Shown here piece by piece: positions 40,100 through 52,845 of a DNA stretch of 64,000 nucleotides (position 1 is the stretch's first letter; every line of letters begins with the position of its first letter). The notes below the pieces were generated by a model. That model saw nothing but the letters and a program-made list of their open reading frames with translations. It did no database searches and was not told where the DNA came from. The position numbers and the translations under genes were made by a program. The stretch comes from Callorhinchus milii (Eukaryota). The stretch spans positions 64,606,001 to 64,670,000 of the forward strand of contig NW_024704743.1 in NCBI RefSeq assembly GCF_018977255.1, given 5' to 3'.

Positions 40100-41869
40100 G
40101 TTATTCACTTTCCCTGATATTGTAAATGGTTGAGCACTGAGGATTCTTAGTTTTGCTAATACTAATAGGCAGTTATTTTTCCAAATTTATTTTTTACTTG
40201 TTTCCGTGTTTCAAGTTTTTCAAAAAAAATGTTTCATCGCAGATAACCACCAGCAGATGGGCGTCTCTCTGGAGAATATGCAAAGCACAGACATATTTCC
40301 TGCAATAGGCGTGCTTTAGATCTTACCATAATCTACCCTGAGGTGGTGTTTGATGATGAAGCAGTGTTATACTGGAATCTTTGCTGCCACAGCTTTGATT
40401 TCCTCCGGAAGCAGACTGTGCCTGAGCATATCTTCACTGAAACAAAAACAGAGTGAGAGGCAGAGAAAGAAAGAAGTGTCTTCAAAAGAATCACTGAAGG
40501 CACATCCTGCTCCAGACACCTGCAGCCTGTTACACTTTGTGTTAGAAACTCCAGAGACTGAACAGATGGAGCAGAAGGACATCATCTGGGACTTGGTCAA
40601 GCAGATGTCTCATTGGGAAAAAAAAGCAGAGACTTTCTGTGTGTAAGGACACCAATAGGGAGGTACTTTGCCTGGTGCTATCCTGCTTTCTCAGTCATAT
40701 ATGCTCTTATGAGCTTCATTCACAGCACTAATTGCTAATTGTGAGCATCCCCCAATTGAGGATTAAGATAGTTTCTTATTCCATTGTGAGACTTACACAC
40801 GTGAGTTCAAAGCTTTGGCCTCATTACTCCAGACCCTACATAGGGATGAGCAGCATATGATCCTTGTACGACTGGAGTTTATTGACTGTAAATACACCAC
40901 TATATCAAAGGCCCGTGAATGAAAACAGCATTCACTTTTGCCAGTGTGTTTGTACTTCCTGCAGAATTAAGGTTTTTTTTAACAGCAGATTGATGGGTGT
41001 ACTAACAAATGGTATAGCACACCTATTACATCTCATGTTCAAAATGTGACCCGGCATGGTTCATCACTTGTGCCTGTGGTGCACATTGGTGAAGGAATAT
41101 ATTTCCCCAGAGCTCTAGGTGCTGCTGCCAGTCTCAAGCGTTCACACAGATCAAGGAAAGAGTCACTCCTGGAATGCCAGTCTGTGCTGAGCAAACCAGA
41201 GGAACTCAAAGGTAAAGTCAAGCAGTTATTTGCAGATTATCTTCCTATTTTGATAGAGATTGTTACACTGAGAGAAAATATCTTATTCTTAGAAGCCAAA
41301 GTCTTTCCCGAACAGCAAGATGGAGTCGTTTGTTGCTTAGATGATTTTGTGGCCAAGCACACACAGAAAGCAGCAAAATAATGTGATGCAAAGCACATGA
41401 GAGACTTAAAGTAGATTGTTCAAATTTAAGTTTCAAATTGGCTCTGTTCAGCCGATGAATGTCTGGCTCTCTGAGATGCTATTCTACGTGAAAGGCACAA
41501 AATAAATGCAAGATGTTCTCCTATTTATACTGTGCTTTTCACATCAATTTAGTGCAAAAATTGTGCCAAACCAGAGCAAATAACTCAGGAAGAATCAAGT
41601 TTGTGATTCATAATTGCTATTTGTAATCTGTAATTATAACTATAACTTATAATTATTATATTGCTATTTATATTTGGCTATCTCACCGGAAATCTGTAGA
41701 AAAGCACTTCCCAACATTGCAGGCTAAATACAGATGATGCACGTTCAAACTAAGTGAAGGGTACTGATAAGCTAAATAATGAATGACTCTTTAGCTGAGG
41801 AATCCAACAGACAAGAGAACAAAACTTTAAAATTAAAACTAAGCGCAGTCCAGAAAAAAAAATCATAAA

Positions 41870-42040
41870 ATGAGTCACTTCAATCCACGATCTTTTTGTT
41901 GGACATTGTTGTGTGCAATTGGCTGCCGCGTTTCACCCACAAATATACGGTCAATTCACATTACAGTATATTCTGTGAAGCGCTTTGAGATGTCTAGAAG
42001 ACATGAGAAGCGCTATATCAAATGTAAAGTTTATTATTGA
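41870..42040 (+). mobile_element. 5'-truncated SINE (tail half)
   Basis: GTCACTTCAATCCACG through GCGCTATATCAAATG. Confidence 0.85.
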
Positions 42041-42060
42041 TAATAATAATAAGTAATACA

Positions 42061-42381
42061 AATAATAATAATAATCCTTGCATTTGATATAGCGCTTTTC
42101 ACGTCGGGAAGACGTCCCAAAGCGCTTCACAGAACACACTGTAAAGTGAATTGACTGTATATTTGTGGGCGAACGTGGCAGCCAATTGCGCACAGCAATG
42201 TCCCACAAACAGTCGTGGATTGAAAATGATCAATTTATTATTGTTTTTGGTTTTGGAGGTATTATTATTAAGCTCTGTGTGGAGTAAGGAAACTTGCCCA
42301 AGGTTTCGCCCTGCCTGGAATTGAACCCAGGTCTCTCACTTGCAAAGCGAGTGTTCTAACCACTGAGCTACAGGACTCCAC
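42061..42381 (-). mobile_element. tRNA-SINE, short form, inserted tail-to-tail into the previous SINE
   Basis: Near-identical to 38620; flanked by repeated TTATTATTGATAATAATAA..GTAA. Confidence 0.93.
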
Positions 42382-44444
42382 ATAATTATTATTGATAATA
42401 ATAAGTAAGCGGTATGAAGGATATTAAGGGGTATGAAGAAAAGACAACCAACTAAAAAAGATGCCATGGACATAATGGTGGATCAGACTTGATAGGCTGA
42501 ATAACCAACTCATGCTCCTAGCTTTCTTTGTTTCTGTACTAATTCAGTCTGTTCAAAAAGGAAGCCTAGCAGGTTTCTGGGTGATCCATGATAATATTAT
42601 TATCATGCTCGAATATTATTAAGAGTGCTCGAGTGCTTACCCAGAGTTCTACCCCAATTAGCAACAGTCTGTGCACGTATTTATTTGCACATATGCAGGA
42701 TTCTGTCATTAGACCCCAACCATACTGATAATCCAGTGAAATAAAAGCTATTTCCTAATTGTTCTACTGTGGGAAGCAATTTAAAATTATGTACAAACGG
42801 GCCATAAAAAGCCTATCTGTAAAGCACATTTCAGGCTTTCTCTAACCAGAAGCGACATTGTATGGCACACCCTGAAATAAACCAACAGATGGGGCAATAG
42901 CCAATGCTTTATTTCCCTGTGCCTGCTGTTTATTTTTCACAGCTAAACATGGTGATTATTTTTACATATTATAGTTCTACTAAAGCAGCACTCAAATAAG
43001 GAGAGCATTTATGTTGGATTGAAAATCAAGTTCTGAAGAGAAAAGGGCAGCATCTTAAACCCAGTTACCTTAATAAGCATATAAAACATTTCTCCAATAC
43101 TCTGTGGTGCAGTGTGTATACTTATTAAAATAAAACATGCTAAAAATATTTCATGAATGTTTTTATGGCAGAAATAATTTTGGTTGCGAGTGCATATTAA
43201 TTGAGTGCAGTTCTATAAACCCAGTAGCCACATCTGCCCTCAGCAGAGTAGCAGTGCATTCAAAAGTTCATATGTACAAGGAGATTCATGCAATGCAGAA
43301 AGCCAATGTCAAAGGATTATCAATAGTTTCAGCTGCTGTGCCTGCAGCTATGGAAGTGACCGCAGGCATTAATTAATGGGCACACTCTAGTCACAAAGGG
43401 GTGAATACTTTAGTGTTGAATGAATGCCCAATTACATGGGATGGATTCCTTGACCCTGGAGGCTAGCAGATTGTAGATCCATTTCTACAAAGGTGTGGAG
43501 AAAGAGTTATAAAGACAGCAACCGTTTTATGATACCAAGGTTTCCCTGGGGTTTTTGGATGATTAAATTGTCCATGCATGGAGTTGTGGTGACTGTCAGT
43601 GAATCTGATGATGCATTAACCATAAGGGCTTCTCCATTTTCAGATTGTTTATGCTATTAGAGAAAGATCCACATGGTGAATACACAGTACCCAAGGTCAC
43701 TGACTCCCTCATCACTAAAACAACCACTTGTGGCTGGGTGGTCTGAACAGGTTAAACTTCACTGCCAGGTTGGGAAATCATGTCTCTGGTCTAAAACCGA
43801 GGCTCATAACTTTATTACTACAACCAGATAAATAAGGCAATATGATAAAAAGCAAATATTCTCAAACATAATCCTAGTGCCTTGATCGCTTGGTGCTATT
43901 CACAAAAGAGGTCAGGTGAGCTAAGCAAGAATTTCATTTTTTGCTGCGGAATTCTGCTCAGTCTTTACAAATAGATGAAAAATACAACTTCCATAAAGGA
44001 TTCAATAATGCATTCAATAACTTGTTATATGATATGAAACATTGCATTTTTCACTCCCATATTTAATTTAGGATACAGTGCTTACGTTGTGTTCTTCAAA
44101 AGGCAGGGAAAAAAAGGTTGGAGAGAAAAATGGTTGGTGGTGAAGAAAGATAATCTAGCACAAAATGCATCTCAGAGAAATACATACATTGTAATGTAAT
44201 CACATAGCACCAAAGTTGGTAAATTCTCAACAACCAGAAAATAATCCATCATACTACATATTGTAGTCTCGACTGTAACACTCTTGCTTCTAGATCAGAA
44301 GGTTCTGAGGTCAAATCCCATAGTGAGTCTCTGAGTTCACAGTCTAGGTTAGTACCAGCTCATGGGGCTACCAAGGTGCCCCACCCGCCAACATTCACAC
44401 TAATCTAGTTAAATCCATCTTCGGTCGGTAGTGCTTCCAGGTTT

Positions 44445-44501
44445 TTCTTGATTGAATATTTCTTGATTTATGACATAAATCAAGAAATATTCAATCAAGA
44501 A
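44445..44501. repeat. Perfect palindrome, 28-bp arms with 1-nt spacer
   Basis: TTCTTGATTGAATATTTCTTGATTTATG-A-CATAAATCAAGAAATATTCAATCAAGAA. Confidence 0.97.
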
Positions 44502-45189
44502 TAATAATAATAATCCTTGCATTTGATAAAGCCCCTTATCACTTCTTCTGGAGTCCTGTAGCTCAGTGATTAGAGCACTCGCTTTGCAAGCGAGAGACCT
44601 GAGTTCAATTCCAGGCAGGGCGAAACCTTGGGCAAGTTTCCTTACTCCACACGCCTAATAATAATCCCTCCAAAACCAAAAACAATAATAAAATTGGTCA
44701 TTTTTAATCTACGACTGCTGTGCGCAATTGGCTGCCGCGTTCGCCCACAAATTTTCAGTCAATTCACTTTACAGTGTGTTCTGTGAAGCGCTTTGGGACG
44801 TCCTCCCGACGTGAAAGCGCTATATCAAATGCAAGGATTATTATTATTATTATTCTAGATGTCTCAAAGCGCTTCACAGAATATACTTTAAAGTGAACTG
44901 ACTGTATATTTGTGGGCGAAACATAGCAACCAATTGCTCTCAGCAGCCAATTGCACACAGCAGTGTCCCACAAACAGTCGGGGATTGAGTGACCAAATTA
45001 TTATTTTTTTGAAGGATTATTATCCCCAGAAAAGCGATCCGCCAATGGGCCAACAACCGAGTTCCTACTCACTGCTAGATAAACAGAGGCATGTGGAGTA
45101 AGGAAACTTGCCCAACATTTCTTCCTACCAGGAATAGAACCCAGCTCTCTCACTTGCAAAGCGAGTGCTCTAACCACTGAGCTACAGGA
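44501..45189 (-). mobile_element. tRNA-SINE, long form, split by a nested SINE (host pieces 44501-44549 and 44853-45189)
   Basis: Host sequence resumes in register after the nested element; TTCT is duplicated. Confidence 0.9.
44550..44852 (+). mobile_element. tRNA-SINE, short form, nested in opposite orientation
   Basis: Full head-to-(TTA)n copy. Confidence 0.93.
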
Positions 45190-45614
45190 AATTTATTTTG
45201 TAGGCTGACCAAAAAGATTGGCCACTACTGATCCAGGCAAATATTTCAATGAAGTACTTAGGGAGTGCTACTTTGTTAGAAGAGCCGTCTTTCGGATAAT
45301 ATGTTACCCCAAGTTTCCTGCCTGACTCTTCAGGTGAGCATTAACGTTTTCACCATTCAATTGCAAAAGAGAAGGGAATTTCTCCTGGTGCCCTGGCCAA
45401 CAATCCTCGATATGAATTTGGTAATTCACTGCACAGCTGCGTTGGGTCACTGCTGTCTGCCAATTGGCTGCCACATTTGTCTACAAATACACTTTGAGTT
45501 TGTGAATAAAATTGCTAAGAGAATTGCTAAAAATGTAATGGGAAAAATCTGATTGATGTTCAAGATTTGAATAACCGTCATCGCTGTTTTGATCACTTCA
45601 ATATCCTCAATATG

Positions 45615-45990
45615 GGTGTCAGCCTGGCTGTTGGTAGCATTCTTTCCTCTGAGTCTAAAGTTTGTGGGTTCAAGACCCATGTCAAGACTCACTAAATTTA
45701 CAGTCTAGTTGCGACCCCGATGCAGTGCTGGGGAATTCTGCATTATCAGAGATGCTGTTCTTTAGTTGAGATGTTAAACCAAGGTCTCATGGCATTATTC
45801 AAAAGGAGATTTCTTCTGGTGTCCTAGGCAACAATCTCCCAGATAAAATTGGTCATTCCCATCATGTCTGTTTGTGTGACACTGTTGTGTGCAAATTGGC
45901 TGCCGCATTTGTCGACCAAATTAACACTGTAATCTACAATAAATCCAGTGAAACACTTTGAGACATTTAGATGTCCTGATAAGGTGATCA
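45615..45990 (+). mobile_element. DeuSINE
   Basis: GTCAGCCTGGCTG-TTGGTAGCA head, GAGATGTTAAACCAAGG core, shared tail. Confidence 0.75.
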
Positions 45991-46947
45991 AATGCGAACC
46001 CTGGACTATCCAGCCCTTTGGGACAGCCTCACGACATGAAAGGCACTATATGAATGTAAATTTGTTATTGTTGTTGCTATGTTAAATGCAAAGATTATTT
46101 TAATCAAATGATTTCACAACTATACATGTCTCTTTAACCCTGATCTTATTATCCTAGAAAACCTGATTATATAAATAATGGGGTGAAAGGTTTATACCAC
46201 TAAGCAGGAATCCAAGATATCACCACTGCATTTTGAAAATAGGCATTTTACTTGATCATCAGGCCAAAATCTGGAAGGGGGGAATTCTGCTAAAAATAAA
46301 AAGACCAGTCTTTAACAATAGATTAAAAATACAACTTCCATAACAGATTCAATAATGCATTCAATATATATGATATGAAATATTGTATTTTTCACTCCCA
46401 TATTTAATATTAATAATCATCCTTGCATTTGTTATAGCGTCTTTCACATCAGAAGGACATCTCAAAGCACTTCACAGATTAGTTTGAGAAATAGAACTAG
46501 GTAAATACTTGAGGGAAAAATAATAATGAGCTAGAATGTCCTCTTTTTCAGTATTTCTATATAACTCAAAAATAAATTGCGTGAAAATCAGTCATATTTT
46601 TAAAAGAATAGATTGTAACATAAAATAATATCACCCCTTTGGTTTTATTCAGCATATAGCAGTTTTCCTTGACAGACTTTCTTCCTTGGGTTCTCTGCAA
46701 CACAGAACTCACTCCTCTTCTGATAGTCTGCCCTTGAAGGGCTGTGTGAATCTAAGACCTAAGTATTACCAGTTTTGTTCTAAAGCTGTCATGCTCACTT
46801 ACTCACGCCACAAGAATCATTTCAATACATTCTGGTTGTAAAAAATTGCAAGAAAAATGACCGCAGGCAAGATATTACAGACAGAAAACGACACAATAGT
46901 CGAGGCTAGAAAAAACATTTTAAAAGGTTATTTTACCTTTTACTAAT

Positions 46948-47313
46948 ATAATAATCCTTGCGTTTGATATAGCACCATATCATGACTTCGAGACATCTCA
47001 AAGCGCTTCATAGAATATACTGTAAAGTGAATTGACTTTATATTTGTGGGCGAAATGCAGCAGCCAATTGCACACAGCAGTGTCCCACAAACTGTCGTGG
47101 ATTGAGTGACCAATTTATTACTTTTTTTTAAGGAATTACTACCCCTGGAAAAGCGATTCGCTAATCGACCAACAACCAGGTTCCTACTTACTCCTAGGTA
47201 AACAGAGGTGGGTGGAATAAGGAAACTTTCCCAAGGTTTTGCCCTGCCGGAAATCGGACCGAGGTACCTCGCTTGTGAGACAGTGCTCTAACCACTGAGC
47301 TACAGGACTGCAC
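46948..47313 (-). mobile_element. tRNA-SINE, long form
   Basis: Full reverse-complement copy. Confidence 0.9.
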
Positions 47314-47499
47314 ACTACTACAATAGTTTAATCAGTTGCTTTTAACATTCTCTTCAGCATTCTCGGTGCAATTTGAGTGGAAAGGTTTCCTGCGGTCTTC
47401 TGCTTCTTCAACTAAGTCTCCATTGTTTTTCATATTCAGATGGGCTCACTTCAGATAGGTCCTCCTTGTGTTGATCAAATGAGGGGCCAAATGAGGGGA

Positions 47500-47900
47500 T
47501 AGACTGGCTCAGTTAGTAGCTTCTTAGTTTGTGAGTTCAAGCGCATTTCAGGAATTTGAATTCATAGTCTAGGTTGGCATTCCAGAGGAGTACTGTATTG
47601 TCAGAGATGCTATCCTTTTGATAGCTTGAAGTCCCAACACCCTATTCAGGAGGTTGTTAACAATTTAATCCCACGATTCAAAAAGAGAAGGGAGTTTAAT
47701 CCAGTGTCCTCGCCAACAACCCCCAGATAAATGTAGTCATTCACTTCATAACTGTTTGTGGTATATTGCTGCCCTGCTGCTAAGTTGGCTGCCATGTTTG
47801 CCAACAAATACACAGTCACTACTTTACAGTGAAATCATGTGAAGTGCTTTGAAATATTTCGAAGAGGTGATAACTCACTATATCAAATACCAGGATAAAA
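47500..47900 (+). mobile_element. DeuSINE, degenerate
   Basis: CTGGCTCAGTTAGTAGC head, GGGAGTT...GTGTCCTCGCCAAC core end, shared tail. Confidence 0.7.
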
Positions 47901-49589
47901 ATCCTTATGTTTAGCATAGCGTGTTTCACATCAGGAGGACATCTGAAAGTGCTTCATAGGATATACTATAAAGTGGAGTGACCGTCTATTTTGGGAACAA
48001 ATGTGGAAGCTAATTTGCAACCTGCTACCTCTCCCTTGTGATATAGAAATGCAACATTATTATTATGCAACAGCAATATTATTATCATAGAGTAGAAATT
48101 GCTTTAAAAGTGTTGTGTTTATCATGGTTTCTCAGAGTGTGATAGCTTTGTTTGCATTCGTCTTTTGACTTTACTCTCTGTGAATTCCATATGGCCCCCA
48201 TCCAATCTGCTTCAGCTGAATAGGTGAGGCATTGCCAAGTCGATAACTGCCACCAGCAACAGTCTATCAAGGAGAATTAAACATGTTCTGCTAGTTTATT
48301 CCTCTCTGGAGATGGAACACCTCACACAATTCTCCAGTAGCTGGATGTGGAACAGGTGGATGTGTAAATAAAGAAAAGAAGAATAGTTATTCTCCTTCAC
48401 AGGGATATTGTGCTATTTTTGACATAATATTAAAAGCAGCAACTTTGACCATTTTTGATCTGTTCTTATCCTAACAATACTGTTTTGCACTGGCGTATGC
48501 AATTAGCACAAATATAGCGCTTATTCCCATCTTTAGATTATGTTCAGCATAAAAACCGGGTGACATTTTTAACTTGCAATTCAGACAAGAACATGCAGTT
48601 GTTCGGCAGATCGATTGTTGATATTCTCTTCATTCTTACTGGGATCTGGGAAAATATCAAAAAGAAACAACCAACCCAGATAAAGGTCATGTTGCCAGGT
48701 CAGTGGAGCAGAATTAGACTGTCATTGTGACAAGCATGTTTGTGGCAACAATTTAGTTCCCAGCCTGTCACTTTGTCTTGAGAACAATCACAATAGATCT
48801 GGCTTTATGATTAATTTATGAATGCAGGAGAGAATAATTGATAGATAAATGGAAGTTCATTTGAATATTATCTTGTGCAAGGCTACACGTGCTGAGTTAC
48901 ATGTTCCTTTGCCACTTAGAAAAGCACGAGGAGTATAAAAGATGAAGCTGACATTTCTCATTTGCTTGACACCTTGACAGAAGTGCACAAAGAAAATGCA
49001 GATGAGGCAAAAGGCTTGGCCACTTATGTAATTCTAAGTGCTGCATTCTACCTGGATGGGCACTATGCCGTCACTTGCTGAATGCACAAATACCGACAAC
49101 TGCCAAAAGTTATCAAATGTACCAGCCACCAGAGAATAACACACACTTGGTAACAAGGGTCCATTAAATTGTTGGCAAGAGGAGAATAACTGCAATTGTA
49201 TAGAGCTTTAGTTGGCTCTCATTTGGAGTAGCTTGTTCAATTACAGGCACCTAAGCTTAGGAAGAATATATCAAATCTTCATTTTTGGATTGTATCTGAT
49301 TTAGATCATGTGTACTTGTCCATGAACAAAGTTGCTGCAAAGATATGTCTGTATGTTTACAAGATCATAATTACTGTAGGTACCCATATAAATCATTCTA
49401 ATCTTATTTCAAATGTAAAACGTAGATGCCAACAAGCTTCTTACCAACAGATGCCATCTGCTTCTTGAAGCAGATCTTATATGTGAACAGTAAAGCACAG
49501 CAGCACAAAGTAAAGAAAGCCAAAGGAACACACAAATCCTCTGGATTCATGTATCAGCCCTAACTTGAAATCCATTGGGATTTTTGAGA

Positions 49590-50125
49590 AAACGGGATTG
49601 ATAGAGATCATTAACATTCTGAATGTATTCGAAGGATGGGGAGTGAAAGATTACTCCTGCTGACTGGTGAATGGTAACAAGGGAGGATCAGCTCCAGATT
49701 GGCGAGGTGAAAGGAGCAAAGGGGAGGCTGAATAAAAACCTTTTCATATGAAGGGTCATTTGAACATGGAATGCTGTTCGACAAGTGGCTGCTGAGATTA
49801 ATCCAATAACAACATTCAAAAGGGTAAGTATTGAAAGATAAATCATACAAAAGGATCTGTGGAACATAGAAGTTAGGACACAGGAATAAAAGGTGCCATC
49901 GAGCCCATCACACCTACTCCACCAGTTATTTAGATTTGGCAAATCTTTTAAACCCAATGCCTTTCACCATTAATACAATTGCTTTCCAAGTATCTGTCTG
50001 TCTTGTTTAAACATCCCTATTAATTCAGTCTCTGCAGCCTTCTGGGTCAGAACTTCCCATATCACAACAGTCCTCTGTACTTCCTGTCTTCAGTTCTTGC
50101 CATCTTGGTTCTGATTTTAACCCTG
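49590..50125. mobile_element. Two abutting CR1 3' fragments in opposite orientation
   Basis: + piece ...GGAATGCTGTTCGACAAGTGGCTGCTGAG...; minus piece starts GAACATAGAAGTTAGGACACAGGAATAAAAGGTGCCATCGAGCCCATC. Confidence 0.55.
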
Positions 50126-50851
50126 TGGGAATTTATAATACCATAATAATATCATAATAACTTGCATTTGATATCATGTCAAAGCACTTCACAGTATTTT
50201 ACTGTGAATATATTTATTATATGTTTGCAGGCAAATGCAGTAACCAATTTGCACATAGCAATGTCCCACAAACAGCCATGAAATGAATAAAAATGTTATT
50301 TGGGGCCTTGTTGGCCAGAACACCAGGAGAAACTTCCTTCTTTAATTTGGATTAGAGGAGTAGGTCAAGGTAGAGGGTGCTGGCACCAGCATAGACTCGG
50401 TGAGACAACTTATCTCTGTCTGAACGTTTGTAATTATATTTTCTTGGCCTCGTCAATGTCTGCAGTCTCCATTAGCAAAGTACATATTTGTTGATCTTTA
50501 CAGGAATTGATAGCTGGTTTGGAAGTATGCTTACTGTTTTATTCAAAGGGCCTGCACTACAGGAACAGTGAAGATGGAAGAAGTTATTCTCACTTTGTTT
50601 ACGTGGAATGTCATTCAGACTCTTGATGATCCAGCAAGCTTCAGCCAGTTCCCTTTATCCCATAATGTGAGATGGTGACAATTGTTTTGCTTGGAATGAC
50701 TGAGTGTCATAATCAATTTTCCCAACAGAATGCACAAATAGAAACACAAATAGGTTACACGCTATTGTTTGTTTCTCCAGAGTCCCAGGGGTAACTAACT
50801 ACACATAATGGAATCTGTTTTACAAGATAACATTGAATTCTGCGAAAATTG

Positions 50852-51270
50852 TAATAATGATCCTTGATTTGGTCGGGCACCTTATCATGTCAGAAGGGTG
50901 TCTCAAAGCACTTCACATGATTTACTGTGCAATGGAGTGACTGTGTATTTCTAGGCAAATGCGACAACACAATTGCACACAGCAATGTCCCACTAACGTC
51001 CATGAAACAAATTACCATTTTTTTATTGAATGGAATGTTGGCCAGGACACTGGGAGAAACTCCCCTTTTCGAATAGTGCCATGGGCTCTTTACCATCCAC
51101 CTGAACATGCAAACGGGACCTTGGTTTACCCTCTCATCCAAAGAACAGCACCTCTGATAATCAACTGTAGTGTCAGTTTATACAATGTGAGTTCAAGTCC
51201 CCATATGAGACTCAAACCAACAACCTCCTGATTCAGAGACGAGAGTGCTACCACTGAGCCAAGCTGACAC
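50852..51270 (-). mobile_element. DeuSINE, near full length
   Basis: GTTGGCCAGGACACTGGGAGAAAC...GAATAGTGCCATGGG...CCACCTGAAC...GAGTGCTACCACTGAGCCAAGCTGAC. Confidence 0.85.
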
Positions 51271-52137
51271 ACAAAATAATAAAAGTAATAATAATGTGTG
51301 CATTTGACATAGCACCATATTATATTGAAATATTTCAAAGAGCTTTGTAAGATGACTGTCCATCAGTGATTATGAAAATGTGAAAGAATTCTTTAAAAGA
51401 GTCCATAATTTGAGTAAGAGCATTACCAACTGAAATGTTCCCAGTTTGCCAGGAAGCTGCCTGAATGCATTACTCTGACCTACTAATTGTTTCCTAGATG
51501 ATTTGAGACAGAGATCATATTTAATAACTGAGGTTATGCAGATTATTAATATCGTAAAACCTCCAACTACCTTTCTTGGCAGAGTAGATACGTATTATTA
51601 ACATTTAAAAAGCAGCACCCTATGGGCACAATAGGGATAGAAATCGAGTATCCAAACTAAAATAGGATATAAGATTTTAATTACAGAGTCGGCAGGCAGT
51701 TTAGCATGTGAATATGACTATCGCTGGTCGGGTTACAAATTCTGAATGATAAACTGGAAAGGAAATGGTGTCACTTCATATTTTCCTACGATACATTGTT
51801 TTTAATATGTTATCAGTGTGTGTCCGGAACAAGGAGGTGTATATAAGTTGAGGCATTGTGATTAGTATGCTACATAACAGAGCTGGTATATGGCTCTTGT
51901 TGCTATGTGTCATCTTCAAAGAGGTGTTGTCTCATTAGGAACATAGGAACAGGAGTAGGCCATTCAGCCTCTCGAGCCTGTTCCACCATTCAATTAGATT
52001 TGGGCTGATCTATACCTCCACTCCAATAGTTGGTAACACTGTGCACTGAAGTTTGCTAAATGAAATCAGTTTTTAGATGCTGATGTTATATTTATAAATA
52101 TACATAATATTTATATGCATAACATTGTTATATCATG

Positions 52138-52700
52138 TGTCAGCCTGGCGCAACGTAGCCCTCCCGCCTCTGAATCAGAAGACCGTGGGTCGGTCCAAGC
52201 CCCACATCGGGATTTGCAATGCAATCCTGGAGGTTAGTTGTATCTTCAGATGTGTCGTCCTTCTGAGTTGTTAAAACCAAGGTCCTGTCTGCCTGTTTAA
52301 GTGGATGCTAAAGATTCCATGGCACTATTCGAATAGAGAATATAATAATAATAATCCTTGTATTTGGCGTCCTTCACGTCTTCTCAACATCTCAAAGCGC
52401 TTCACAAAATATACTGTAAAGTGAATTGATTGTATATTTGTGGGCGAAACATGACAGACAATTGTGCACAGCAGTGTCACACAAACAGTCGTGGATTGAA
52501 GTGACAAATTTATTATTGTTTTTTTTCTTGAGGGATTATTATCAGGCATGCGGAGTAAGGAAACTTGCTCAAGGTTTTGCTCTACCGGGAATCGAACCCA
52601 GGTTTCTCACTTGTGAGGTGAGTGCTCTAACCACTGAGCTACAGGACTCCACAGAAGGGAGAAGGGAGTTTCTCTCTCCTGGTGTTCTGGCTAACCTTGT
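52138..52700 (+). mobile_element. DeuSINE interrupted by a younger SINE
   Basis: Deu core to ...GGCACTATTCGAATAGAG (52338), resuming GAAGGGAGTTTCTC...GGTGTTCTGGCTAAC after 52652. Confidence 0.8.
52342..52652 (-). mobile_element. tRNA-SINE, short form, nested in the DeuSINE
   Basis: Full reverse-complement copy. Confidence 0.9.
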
Positions 52701-52845
52701 CCCCTCGCTTGTGAAGCGAGCGCAATAACCACTACCCTACGGGTTTCCATCTTAATAAAGAATTTGTTAAGAAATACCACAAATAAGACCACATAATCAT
52801 GACCAAGATGTCAGGAAGATTGCTGAGGGGGAAATAATAACAAAT

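Noticed and set aside
40247..40264. CTCF-like CCACCAGCAGATGGGCG
   Set aside because: An extra base breaks the core spacing; cannot be supported without ChIP data
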